A DNA stretch of 64,000 nt from a virus: IMG/VR virus record IMGVR_UViG_3300025117_000031, positions 32,001 to 96,000 of that record; one strand, 5' to 3'. This document shows, piece after piece, positions 17,193-24,921 of this stretch. Positions within the stretch are counted from its first letter, which is position 1. The number at the start of each line of letters is the position of its first letter. The position numbers and the translations under genes were made by a program. Under the pieces are notes generated by a model that had not been told where the DNA came from, did not search any database, and saw only the letters and a program-made list of their open reading frames with translations.

Positions 17193-17254
17193 TTGAGCAA
17201 GTTAATGTAGATGCGTCTTATATGGTTGGTGAGAACACATCCACTACGGCCCAA
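17193..17254 (-). ncRNA. minimal Y-RNA-like RNA (Y4)
   Basis: TTGGGC/GCTCAA terminal helix, CGTA internal loop, GTGGATGTG/CGCATCTAC helix, then TTCTC; starts 7 nt after the Ro60 stop. Confidence 0.75.
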
Positions 17255-17261
17255 GGTTTTA

Positions 17262-18881
17262 TTACTCTCTTGCAAACCCCGAAATAACAGCCGGGGTATC
17301 AGCATCAAACCCAACGACATCCATCATACCAGAATCGTTGGGATCGGCAATTGTAAACCCAGTTGTAGACATACCGACAACAATTAGCTTTGCAGGAATT
17401 CCGCTCTTTCTACGGTAATCCCTCAGAGCTTGAACGGGTTGAATATTTCCTGCCCAAGTCTCGTTGTCTGTATACACAACAAACGTGTCGATCTCGAGAT
17501 TATTCTTCATCGCATAAATCATCGGCAGAGAACAGTCAGTTCCTCCAAAGTTTTGATTTCTAACTTTCGTGATAGCCGATTCCAAAGTGTCTCGCTTGCG
17601 AATATCGAGATCTTTAAAGCTATTAGCAAAGCCTCGGATAATCGACTCCCCTTCTGTTCTGCGAGTAACCATAGCCATAACGGCTGAAGCTACAGCACAG
17701 GAGACACTTGGAGCACCAGAAATAGGGCTGCTCATGGAGCCAGACACATCAATACCAAGCAAGAACCGTTTGTTTGCAGGCTCAATTGCCGAGAAAGAAA
17801 GATAAAAAGCGTCATCCAAAGAGTCCATGATGTCTTCGACAGTCTTCCAAGTCAAAGAGCCCTTTAGACCATGGCCAGTCTTATAGGTTTCGTGAGCAAT
17901 AAGAATAGCAAGAGGATGTAGCTTTGCCTTTCTAATTGCGTCTTCATTATGAAGAGCCTCAACAACCTTTTTAAGATTGTTCTTGTTCTTAAACAACTCC
18001 AAGCTAGACATCTTGCCAAGATTTCGGACCATAGCATTCAGAGGCATATTCTGTAGAAGTGCTTCCCAAACTGGGATTCTATTCAACATAGAAGTATTAA
18101 TTACTTCTCTTGGCAGAGAGAATTGCTCGATTAGGTCGACGATTTGGTCTTCGTTTGTGCTCGTTGAACACAGCTCTGCTGCAGCCAGACGGGCTAGCTC
18201 ACCATGCTGTTCAAGACGCACTTCGTCGGGCGAGACAATCCACTTGAACAAAGTGGAAATTGTATCCGACGAAGGAAGTGGATGCGACAAGCGGAGCAGA
18301 TCGCGATGCGACCAGCCGTCTCTTTGCTTATACTTCATAACTTGATACATCAGAGAATCAAGGTCTTTCTCCGAATACCACTTTGCAACTGCCTCGCGTA
18401 GCCCTCGACCCCAACCTCGGAAAGCTTCAACAAATTGCGCATAATGGAACAGATGCGTTCCAATACGGCAAACGTCGGGAATAGCCTGTAGAGCGGCCTT
18501 ACGCACAGAATTGTGTTTTGCAGCAGAAGCCATAGCAAGAGCAAAAATAGCAGGATCGTTTTTATGTGCCCTTCCTGCCGCACTGATTTCGACAATCTTC
18601 CGGACAACATTTAGACCATCGACTTCCTTTTTAAGAAGTCTTTCAACGCACTTGGCGTTTTTCTTAGTTAGCTGCTTTTCCGAGGCGTAAAAAGTACCAC
18701 CTTCGGAACCAAGAATAAGAAACCGTTCCAGACGATCCCAATCTGAAAGCTCAAAGCTGTATCCACCCGCAGAGTTCTGCACCATATTCTTACCAGGAAT
18801 AGGCTGCGATTGCGGGGTAACTAGTGTGGCATTCTTCTTTTCAACGGTTCTATTCGTCTTGACGTGAGCTGTGTAATCCAT
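17262..18881 (-). CDS. rsr: Ro60/TROVE ribonucleoprotein (Rsr ortholog)
   Basis: NSAGGY, RFLILGSEGGTFY, WGRGLR, KYKQRDGWSHRDLLRLSHP, RNLGKM; vWA DVSGSM, GGTDCSLPM, TDNETW, GFD; ATG 18881 with GGAGG RBS. Confidence 0.96.
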   Translation of the reverse strand: MDYTAHVKTNRTVEKKNATLVTPQSQPIPGKNMVQNSAGGYSFELSDWDRLERFLILGSEGGTFYASEKQLTKKNAKCVERLLKKEVDGLNVVRKIVEISAAGRAHKNDPAIFALAMASAAKHNSVRKAALQAIPDVCRIGTHLFHYAQFVEAFRGWGRGLREAVAKWYSEKDLDSLMYQVMKYKQRDGWSHRDLLRLSHPLPSSDTISTLFKWIVSPDEVRLEQHGELARLAAAELCSTSTNEDQIVDLIEQFSLPREVINTSMLNRIPVWEALLQNMPLNAMVRNLGKMSSLELFKNKNNLKKVVEALHNEDAIRKAKLHPLAILIAHETYKTGHGLKGSLTWKTVEDIMDSLDDAFYLSFSAIEPANKRFLLGIDVSGSMSSPISGAPSVSCAVASAVMAMVTRRTEGESIIRGFANSFKDLDIRKRDTLESAITKVRNQNFGGTDCSLPMIYAMKNNLEIDTFVVYTDNETWAGNIQPVQALRDYRRKSGIPAKLIVVGMSTTGFTIADPNDSGMMDVVGFDADTPAVISGFARE

Positions 18882-18913
18882 TTGTTCCTCCGGTTCGTTA
18901 TCGAACAAAACAC

Positions 18914-19043
18914 GCTCGTGGATAAAAATCGTCCTGGTTTAAAACCCGCTGCCTTACCACTTGGCCACAACCCGATTTCAGGTTGGCAGGAATCGAACCT
19001 GCGATCGCGGAACCAAGATAAACCAAAACTACGACCCACGAGC
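18914..19043 (-). ncRNA. yrlA: YrlA-type Y RNA with a circularly permuted tRNA domain (Y1)
   Basis: GCTCGTGG/CCACGAGC ends, GGGTCGTAG motif, CCGC/GCGG stem enclosing a T arm (GCAGG TTCGATT CCTGC), closed acceptor hairpin (CAACCTG AAAT CGGGTTG) and D arm (GCC AAGTGGTAA GGC), in T-acceptor-D order. Confidence 0.88.
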
Positions 19044-19052
19044 ACAATTTAA

Positions 19053-19167
19053 TCGGGCAAATTTAGGAGAGGAAGATTGTCCGCCTGGGCCACCGGGACA
19101 CGTCGGAATCGAACCGACTGGGCTTTTTTGCATTAGTAAAAAGATAATCCTCTTCCTTCCGGCCCGA
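19053..19167 (-). ncRNA. Y-RNA-like RNA with a T arm but no clear D arm (Y2)
   Basis: TCGGGC/GCCCGA ends, GGGCCGGAAG motif, GGAAGAGGA/TCCTCTCC helix, TTATC, T arm GTCGG TTCGATT CCGAC, TGTCC/GGACA hairpin. Confidence 0.8.
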
Positions 19168-19179
19168 AAATTAATAGCA

Positions 19180-19241
19180 TTAGGGCAAAAAATGAATTGG
19201 GTGTTTTTTCCAATAAAATAACCCAAGTTCTACGGCCCTAA
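19180..19241 (-). ncRNA. minimal Y-RNA-like RNA (Y3)
   Basis: TTAGGGC/GCCCTAA ends, GGGCCGTAG motif, GAACTTGGG/CCCAATTC helix, TTATT. Confidence 0.75.
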
Positions 19242-19265
19242 GTTCTTCGTTCGTTCTAGAAAAGC

Positions 19266-19295
19266 ATCTTAGCACATTTCCGAAGCCCTTGTCAA
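19266..19295 (-). promoter_or_regulatory. sigma70-type promoter for the Y RNA-Ro60 unit: TTGACA-18-TAAGAT with extended -10 TG
   Basis: Minus-strand TTGACA at 19295-19290 and TGCTAAGAT at 19274-19266, about 25 nt upstream of Y3. Confidence 0.7.
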
Positions 19296-19321
19296 CTTTT
19301 TTTCATCGATCTGTTCTTTTT

Positions 19322-19394
19322 CTCCGGGGGCAGGGGTCGAACCTGCGACCAACGGTTTAACGGACCGCTGCTACCGCCTCTGAGCTACCCCGGA
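19322..19394 (-). tRNA. tRNA-Asn(GTT)
   Basis: TCCGGGG/CCCCGGA acceptor, G discriminator, GCGGT-CCGTTAA-ACCGT anticodon arm (C33), GCAGG-TTCGACC-CCTGC T arm; no CCA. Confidence 0.88.
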
Positions 19395-19807
19395 CCATTT
19401 TCCCCTTCGCACCTACTATGTAGTTCACGATGGCAATTAGAACACAACAAAATGCACTTGTCAAGCTCTTTTAGAATCTTTTCCCAAGAAGCCCCAAGAT
19501 GTTTGGCCCCAAGCTCCATTACTTTTGTTGATTCATCTATATGATGGATGTCTAAAGCGGCTTGGCACTTATCATATCCACAGTTCGTGCACTTTCCGCC
19601 CAGCATCTTTATTATTTTTTTTCTTCTGTTGGCTCTAAAATTAGAATAGATATTAACAAGACACTTTTTACATCTGTATGTTTGCCCATGTCCATTAGAG
19701 CGCAATACAAAAGTTGTCATTCCATGACGCTTACATTCTTTTTCGGATTCTTTTGGAAGTTCTGTTACTTCAGCCACAACACATCCGCGCAAGAACAAAA
19801 AATACAA
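19385..19807 (-). CDS. HNH endonuclease, free-standing homing type
   Basis: GGKCTNCGY..C...LDIHH ... ELDKCILLCSNCHRELH; true start probably a downstream GTG. Confidence 0.88.
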   Translation of the reverse strand: MYFLFLRGCVVAEVTELPKESEKECKRHGMTTFVLRSNGHGQTYRCKKCLVNIYSNFRANRRKKIIKMLGGKCTNCGYDKCQAALDIHHIDESTKVMELGAKHLGASWEKILKELDKCILLCSNCHRELHSRCEGENGPG

Positions 19808-20258
19808 CAGAAATTATAATGGCTGCAAAGTTCATTGCTCTAAACAACCAAGGGTTTATCTTCAAATAAAATACAACTCTTGAAAAATCAGATAAACGAG
19901 AAACTCCAAGAGAATTTACGAACAAGTCTACAAAACCCGCACCCAATAAAATTGAAAAAACAATAAATGGATACCCAGACATAAATCCGGTCAGAGGGAA
20001 GAAAACAATAGCTATACAGTCCATAAAACGAGGAGCCATGGAGATTAAAAACTTTTCTCTCTCTGTCGGTTGCATCTTAAGATCATAAAAAACAGAAGCA
20101 TAACGAAATTGATTCATATATCTGTGTGGGAAAATCTTTAATCTATATCGTTCCACGCCAACAAGAACATGAGCCACCGCGATGTGACTCATCTCATGAA
20201 TATAAATCCACAAGAAATAAGAAAAAATACTACTTAACAATATCACAAAGATTTGCAT
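19770..20258 (-). CDS. membrane-embedded zinc metalloprotease-like protein
   Basis: HEMSH after a TM helix, SMAP, downstream SD motif (M50/DUF3267-like). Confidence 0.6.
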   Translation of the reverse strand: MQIFVILLSSIFSYFLWIYIHEMSHIAVAHVLVGVERYRLKIFPHRYMNQFRYASVFYDLKMQPTEREKFLISMAPRFMDCIAIVFFPLTGFMSGYPFIVFSILLGAGFVDLFVNSLGVSRLSDFSRVVFYLKINPWLFRAMNFAAIIISVVFFVLARMCCG

Positions 20259-21075
20259 TTTCTTTTCTTGGGTTTAAATAAAGCTGTTCTTCTGCTGCTT
20301 TATAACCCATTTGATAAAGAGCAACAACATCATTGATTTCAAGTCCAAAATCAAAAGGTTCATACGGAACGTTAATGTTTACAATAAGATCCGCATATTT
20401 GGGCTCTTCGTAAAGCATGGAAGAAACAGTATTTAAAATGTAGTCAAGACGAGAAGAAACTTTTTTTGGAATGCCTTCTCCAGAAAAGCGAATTCCTATT
20501 ACATCGTCTTCTTCATTAAAAATATCTGTGGCAAGATTTTGAGAAACCCCACCATCATTTAGAAGAAGTTTCTTTCCAGTTGGGTATTTTCCAGTTGGGT
20601 ATAAGGGGACTTCTACGGGAGCGAATAAAAAAGGAACAGCCGAAGACGCTTTAATCGCTGTAGAGATTTTAACTTCTGGAGAAGAGCCTTCAGAGAAGTA
20701 AAAAGGACGCTTTCCTTCTACATCATTTGCTACGATTATTAAGTTTTTCAATGACTTTCTAAACGTTTGAGCTGAAACTTTTGTCTTCTTTTCGATAATA
20801 TCTGCCATTTTATCAAGTGAAAGAAGACCAATACTTCGAGCAGGTTGCCAAAACTTTCTATTAAGAGCTAGAGTGTTCTTAGGAAGAACTTGTGTCGCTA
20901 GGGAAAGACATTCCGGTGTGGTCATCCCAGAAGCAAGGCAAGCTGCTACAATGGAGCCGCCAGACGTCCCAACAAAAGTGTCTGGAATAAACCGAAGTTT
21001 ATTCATGATATACTCCGCCGCCCCCAAATGAGCGGGGAACAACACACCAGAACCAGAAAAAACTAATCGCTTCAT
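20230..21075 (-). CDS. patatin-like phospholipase
   Basis: SGSG, GTSGG nucleophile elbow, ASSAVP, DGG; ATG 21075 with AGGAG RBS. Confidence 0.9.
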   Translation of the reverse strand: MKRLVFSGSGVLFPAHLGAAEYIMNKLRFIPDTFVGTSGGSIVAACLASGMTTPECLSLATQVLPKNTLALNRKFWQPARSIGLLSLDKMADIIEKKTKVSAQTFRKSLKNLIIVANDVEGKRPFYFSEGSSPEVKISTAIKASSAVPFLFAPVEVPLYPTGKYPTGKKLLLNDGGVSQNLATDIFNEEDDVIGIRFSGEGIPKKVSSRLDYILNTVSSMLYEEPKYADLIVNINVPYEPFDFGLEINDVVALYQMGYKAAEEQLYLNPRKENANLCDIVK

Positions 21076-21087
21076 GTTAACTCCTGT

Positions 21088-21171
21088 GGCCAAGAGAGGG
21101 ATTCGAACCCCCGACGAGATTGCTCTTCCTGATTACGATTCAGGTGCCTTCGTCCACTAGGCTATCTTGGC
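21088..21171 (-). tRNA. tRNA-Thr(CGT) with a long variable arm
   Basis: GCCAAGA/TCTTGGC acceptor, CCTGA-ATCGTAA-TCAGG anticodon arm, variable region AA-GAG-CAAT-CTC-GTC, GGGGG-TTCGAAT-CCCTC T arm. Confidence 0.85.
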
Positions 21172-21176
21172 GTACT

Positions 21177-21815
21177 TTAAATCTGTCTTTTCGTAAAATT
21201 ATTTGTACTCTCCGACCACTTCTTATGATGTTCGCTTGTTTCTGCTGTCCATCCATAAAGAAACCCAATTGATAAATTTGACATCTCGTAAAGAAAAGCA
21301 TTTCCTTTTACTTTGTTTCCGTACCAAGTAACGTCACTAGAAAGAAAACTTGTCCTTGTTAGTCCGTTAACATAAAATCTTCCAGTCGAACTATCGTATT
21401 CTCCCCTTGCTTCTTTTTCCAAGAGAATAGCTTTTTGTTCCTCTGGTGTTCTTTTAATCCCATAGACGTCAAGTCTTCTGTAATAATCTGGATCTTCAAT
21501 TGAAGGCCAGCTCTCCTGCTTTGGCCCCATCCTCGGAGTGTACCAGAAAACTCCGACACCTTTGTAATGTTCTTTTAGCTTTTCTTTTTGCAAAGAAGTT
21601 ATTACTTTGTCCAAATAAAGAGAGGCTATCCAGTTGTGTATTAAAGTTTCCCAGAACTCCGGCTTACAATCGTTTTTAATTTCTATCTTGTCGAAAACAA
21701 AAGTTATTCCGTTTTTTAACTGTACTGTTCTTTTAGACTTTAAATATCCTCTTAAGAGCGGAATTCCTAAAGTTAATGCCAAGACAACAAAGAAAAAAAT
21801 GATTGCTGGATGCAC
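21177..21815 (-). CDS. membrane-anchored hypothetical protein
   Basis: N-terminal TM helix; GGAGGG RBS. Confidence 0.7.
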   Translation of the reverse strand: MHPAIIFFFVVLALTLGIPLLRGYLKSKRTVQLKNGITFVFDKIEIKNDCKPEFWETLIHNWIASLYLDKVITSLQKEKLKEHYKGVGVFWYTPRMGPKQESWPSIEDPDYYRRLDVYGIKRTPEEQKAILLEKEARGEYDSSTGRFYVNGLTRTSFLSSDVTWYGNKVKGNAFLYEMSNLSIGFLYGWTAETSEHHKKWSESTNNFTKRQI

Positions 21816-21826
21816 ATAAGTCCCTC

Positions 21827-22672
21827 CTATTCTTTAATCCTTTCTTCTGCCACAAAGGGCAAACTGTCGCATTTAAACCCTGCAGCTCCTTTGTGACCGC
21901 CACCTCCATAAAAAGAAGCGACTTTGCTTACGTCAACATCTTTTTTTGGAGTGTACAAAGAAACATACCATTTGTTGTCCGCAGTATAAACAAAGTTACA
22001 CATTGCATCAAACTTTTCTTCATCCCAAACACTGTCAAAAAGTTGAGAAGTGTCTCGTCTATTACAAGCCACAAGACGAAGATTATTTAACGTTGTTGCA
22101 AAAGCATATTGTTTAATCATATCGAGTCGTTCTAAATCTTTATACGTCTGAATTAATTTACCTGTTTTATGAGCTTCTCTGAAATATTGGTTATCTTTGG
22201 ACGCTCTATATGTAAACAAGGCGTGCCAATCCTTCCTTTCATACTTATCAGCTTTGATAAAGTATTGAAATAATTCTACATCTTCGTGCCAAGAAAGGTC
22301 AAAAACATCGTAACGTCCGAGCAGACTTACACCGTAGGGAGTTTCTTCACCAGGAAAGAAATATTCCCAAGCTAATTCGCAAGCAGCTTTTCCGTTCATG
22401 CGAAGACCAAAGAAAGGACAATTCTTATATTTCTCTATTGCCGAAGAGTGATGGTCTATCCAAATAAAGTTTGTATTCTCTCTCAGCCAAAACATGTCTT
22501 CTTCGGGGAAGGAAAGGTCGACAAGAACAAAAGTTTCATTAGGAGTAACAGTATTTCTGTCGAAAGAATCCCCATAGTTCCAAGGAAATAACTCACAATC
22601 TGGATATCTGTACTTAACGATTTCAGACGAACAAATGCCATCAAAATCTACACCATGATAAAAACACTTCAT
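21827..22672 (-). CDS. DHH/DHHA1 phosphoesterase
   Basis: H..D.DG, VDLS, WIDHH, GGGGHKGAAGF. Confidence 0.92.
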   Translation of the reverse strand: MKCFYHGVDFDGICSSEIVKYRYPDCELFPWNYGDSFDRNTVTPNETFVLVDLSFPEEDMFWLRENTNFIWIDHHSSAIEKYKNCPFFGLRMNGKAACELAWEYFFPGEETPYGVSLLGRYDVFDLSWHEDVELFQYFIKADKYERKDWHALFTYRASKDNQYFREAHKTGKLIQTYKDLERLDMIKQYAFATTLNNLRLVACNRRDTSQLFDSVWDEEKFDAMCNFVYTADNKWYVSLYTPKKDVDVSKVASFYGGGGHKGAAGFKCDSLPFVAEERIKE

Positions 22673-22683
22673 TTTGCTATCCT

Positions 22684-23286
22684 TTACTCAGAAAAATAAA
22701 CGTCAAAGAATGTCTTTGCTTTTTTAGGAATTTCGAAAGAAGAAATAAACTTAGAAGGCATTGCATCAATTAAAGCTTTTGGATAATGTTTTTTAAGCGG
22801 AAACCCTACCTTATGCTCCATCATGTAAGTATAAGATAAAATATAGGCATTTGCTTCTTTTATATACTTCTCTAAATTCATATCTAGATTTCGTTCTATA
22901 AATATGTCTACAGTCATTTTTTCTGCGTCTAATTCAAGTTTTTGTATTAAGCATATGGCCTGTAAAAGTTTTCTTTTTGATAGCTTCTTTTCGTCATACA
23001 ACCACGCATAGAAGTCTATCAGACTTTGGTCTGCTCTTTCTAAAAATTTTGTATATTCTTTATTGGAAAACTCATATTGTAGAAAGTGAGAATATTCGTG
23101 TATAAAGCAAGACCTCCAAGAGAGCTTGGACGTTACAATTACTTTATCTTCTTGACAAAAATAAGCAGAAACTGGGGATTTATCCACGTAAATAAAGGTA
23201 GAATTCTTTTTTACGTGTTGGTAGCCTTTGCTTGCCAATACCTCCAGAGATTCGTTGTAGAAGTCATTAAATTTTCTATAATTCAC
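22684..23286 (-). CDS. putative zincin (HExxH) protein
   Basis: FIHEYSHFLQ with downstream ELDAE. Confidence 0.6.
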   Translation of the reverse strand: MNYRKFNDFYNESLEVLASKGYQHVKKNSTFIYVDKSPVSAYFCQEDKVIVTSKLSWRSCFIHEYSHFLQYEFSNKEYTKFLERADQSLIDFYAWLYDEKKLSKRKLLQAICLIQKLELDAEKMTVDIFIERNLDMNLEKYIKEANAYILSYTYMMEHKVGFPLKKHYPKALIDAMPSKFISSFEIPKKAKTFFDVYFSE

Positions 23287-23382
23287 CCTCGTTTATGTCC
23301 TTAGAACGGCAGGCGTTACGAGATTTCTCCTTTCTTTTATCTTTAAACGATCCCGTTCTACGAAAATGGGCGTCAACAGCAA

Positions 23383-23982
23383 TTAAATTACGAGTTTTTC
23401 TAATCTTTCTCTTTCGCATTGAATTACGTCTACGATCTTTTTTCTTTCGTCCCACCCTAATCTAATTAGACCTTTGGAGGGACTATTGTACGTAGCAGCT
23501 AAAAGAATTCCTATTCCATTAGGATTCTTCGCTTTCCACTTAATAAGATTAGATTCTTTGTCGTCTATTAAAATATGGCAATTTGCATACTCTTTGTTTT
23601 CAGTTGGCAAGTATGCATGTTTAAAGGGAAAATTCTTTTTGAGCCATTCTCGTCTTACTGCTTCCCAATTTTTACAGCTAGTCCACGGAGAAGTAACCCA
23701 AACAATATTAGAGAACCCCTTGATTTCATTTATAAACTTAATAGATTCTGGGATGGCTGGAATGGTCTTCCAAAACTCCGGGGAAGACAAAAGATGAAAA
23801 AACCTCTTTTTTACGGTAGGGAGAAAATACTTCTCCATATGGAAGTCTTTAATATCTTCTCTTTTGGGGAGAACAGAAAACTCTTTGGAGAGTAGGTTTA
23901 AAGTGTGGCCGACAAAATCGCCAACTACCCCATCGACATCAACTCCTACGTCAATCATAAAAACCTCGATTTTTGGCATCAT
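23383..23982 (-). CDS. 5'(3')-deoxyribonucleotidase (HAD, NT5C-like)
   Basis: VDVDGVV.D, TSP, WL, LIDD. Confidence 0.85.
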   Translation of the reverse strand: MMPKIEVFMIDVGVDVDGVVGDFVGHTLNLLSKEFSVLPKREDIKDFHMEKYFLPTVKKRFFHLLSSPEFWKTIPAIPESIKFINEIKGFSNIVWVTSPWTSCKNWEAVRREWLKKNFPFKHAYLPTENKEYANCHILIDDKESNLIKWKAKNPNGIGILLAATYNSPSKGLIRLGWDERKKIVDVIQCERERLEKLVI

Positions 23983-24001
23983 ATCATAGAAAGAGGAAAA
24001 G

Positions 24002-24913
24002 TCAAGAAGAAAGTTGATTTACTACCGGATAGGACATGGCTGTTTTTACAATTCCTTCTTCGAAGGGAGTGAAATCAAAATGTCCCAATAAATCAAGAAG
24101 TCTTTTATTACTTCCATCTTTTCTATATTGGCCATCTAGTTTTCGATTGAAAAAATACTTCTTTTCTCCAATGTGCTTGCCAAGTTGTTTCATAGCTATT
24201 TCGATCATTTCATGAATGTGAAAATTTTCTTTTGGGGCAACAATAATGGGAGAGTTAGAGTTGTGTTTTTCCAAAAGAATGGGGATAATTTTAACTAAGT
24301 CCTCAACATAAAGGAATTGTCTCATTGGTCGACCTGTTCCCCAGAACTCTAAATTCTTTTCCTTTGAAAACAGTTTTGTTATTAATGCAGCAACAAAGTG
24401 TGAATCTTCTTTGTTAAAATGGTCGCCAGGACCATAAAGATTCGAAGGACAAAAGGTAGAATAATTTAAACCATATTGGTTCCTGTAGGCCACACATTGA
24501 ACGTGAAGCAACCTTTTGGAATACCCATAAGAAAAGTTTGTTTCTGCAGGAGGACCAGAGAAAATGTCCTCTTCTTTAAAGGGATATTTCTCTAGAACAT
24601 CAGGAAAGGCACAGGTGGAAAGAGAACACAACATTCTTTTAATTCCATGCGTATGGGCAGAATGCACAAGATTTGTGTTCATTGTTACGTTTTTGTAGAA
24701 ATATTCGGCTTGTTTTTCGGAATTGTCTTTAATTCCGCCCACTTTGGCGGCAAGATGCAAGATCGCGTCTGGCTTCTTTTCTTCTATCATCCTGTCACAT
24801 TCGCTCAAAGAGACAAGATTATACTCGGAGGAGGAAACATAATCCCATTCCGGACGAGAAAGACGAAGGTTTTTGCCAAGAAACCCAGAACCACCTGTTA
24901 CTAAAACTTTCAT
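24002..24913 (-). CDS. fcl: GDP-L-fucose synthase-like epimerase/reductase
   Basis: TGGSGFLG, HLAAKVGGI, STC.FP, YGYSKR, PSNLYGP.D.F, WGTGRPMRQF. Confidence 0.88.
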   Translation of the reverse strand: MKVLVTGGSGFLGKNLRLSRPEWDYVSSSEYNLVSLSECDRMIEEKKPDAILHLAAKVGGIKDNSEKQAEYFYKNVTMNTNLVHSAHTHGIKRMLCSLSTCAFPDVLEKYPFKEEDIFSGPPAETNFSYGYSKRLLHVQCVAYRNQYGLNYSTFCPSNLYGPGDHFNKEDSHFVAALITKLFSKEKNLEFWGTGRPMRQFLYVEDLVKIIPILLEKHNSNSPIIVAPKENFHIHEMIEIAMKQLGKHIGEKKYFFNRKLDGQYRKDGSNKRLLDLLGHFDFTPFEEGIVKTAMSYPVVNQLSS

Positions 24914-24921
24914 TTGAACCT

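Noticed and set aside
18914-19167. Ordinary, split or intron-containing tRNA genes
   Set aside because: The T arm precedes the D arm, the acceptor stem is a closed hairpin and there is no anticodon loop, which fits a Y RNA better.
18821-19226. Short ORFs upstream of Ro60 and the track start at 18908
   Set aside because: They overlap the structured Y RNAs; the ATG at 18881 has a proper GGAGG RBS.
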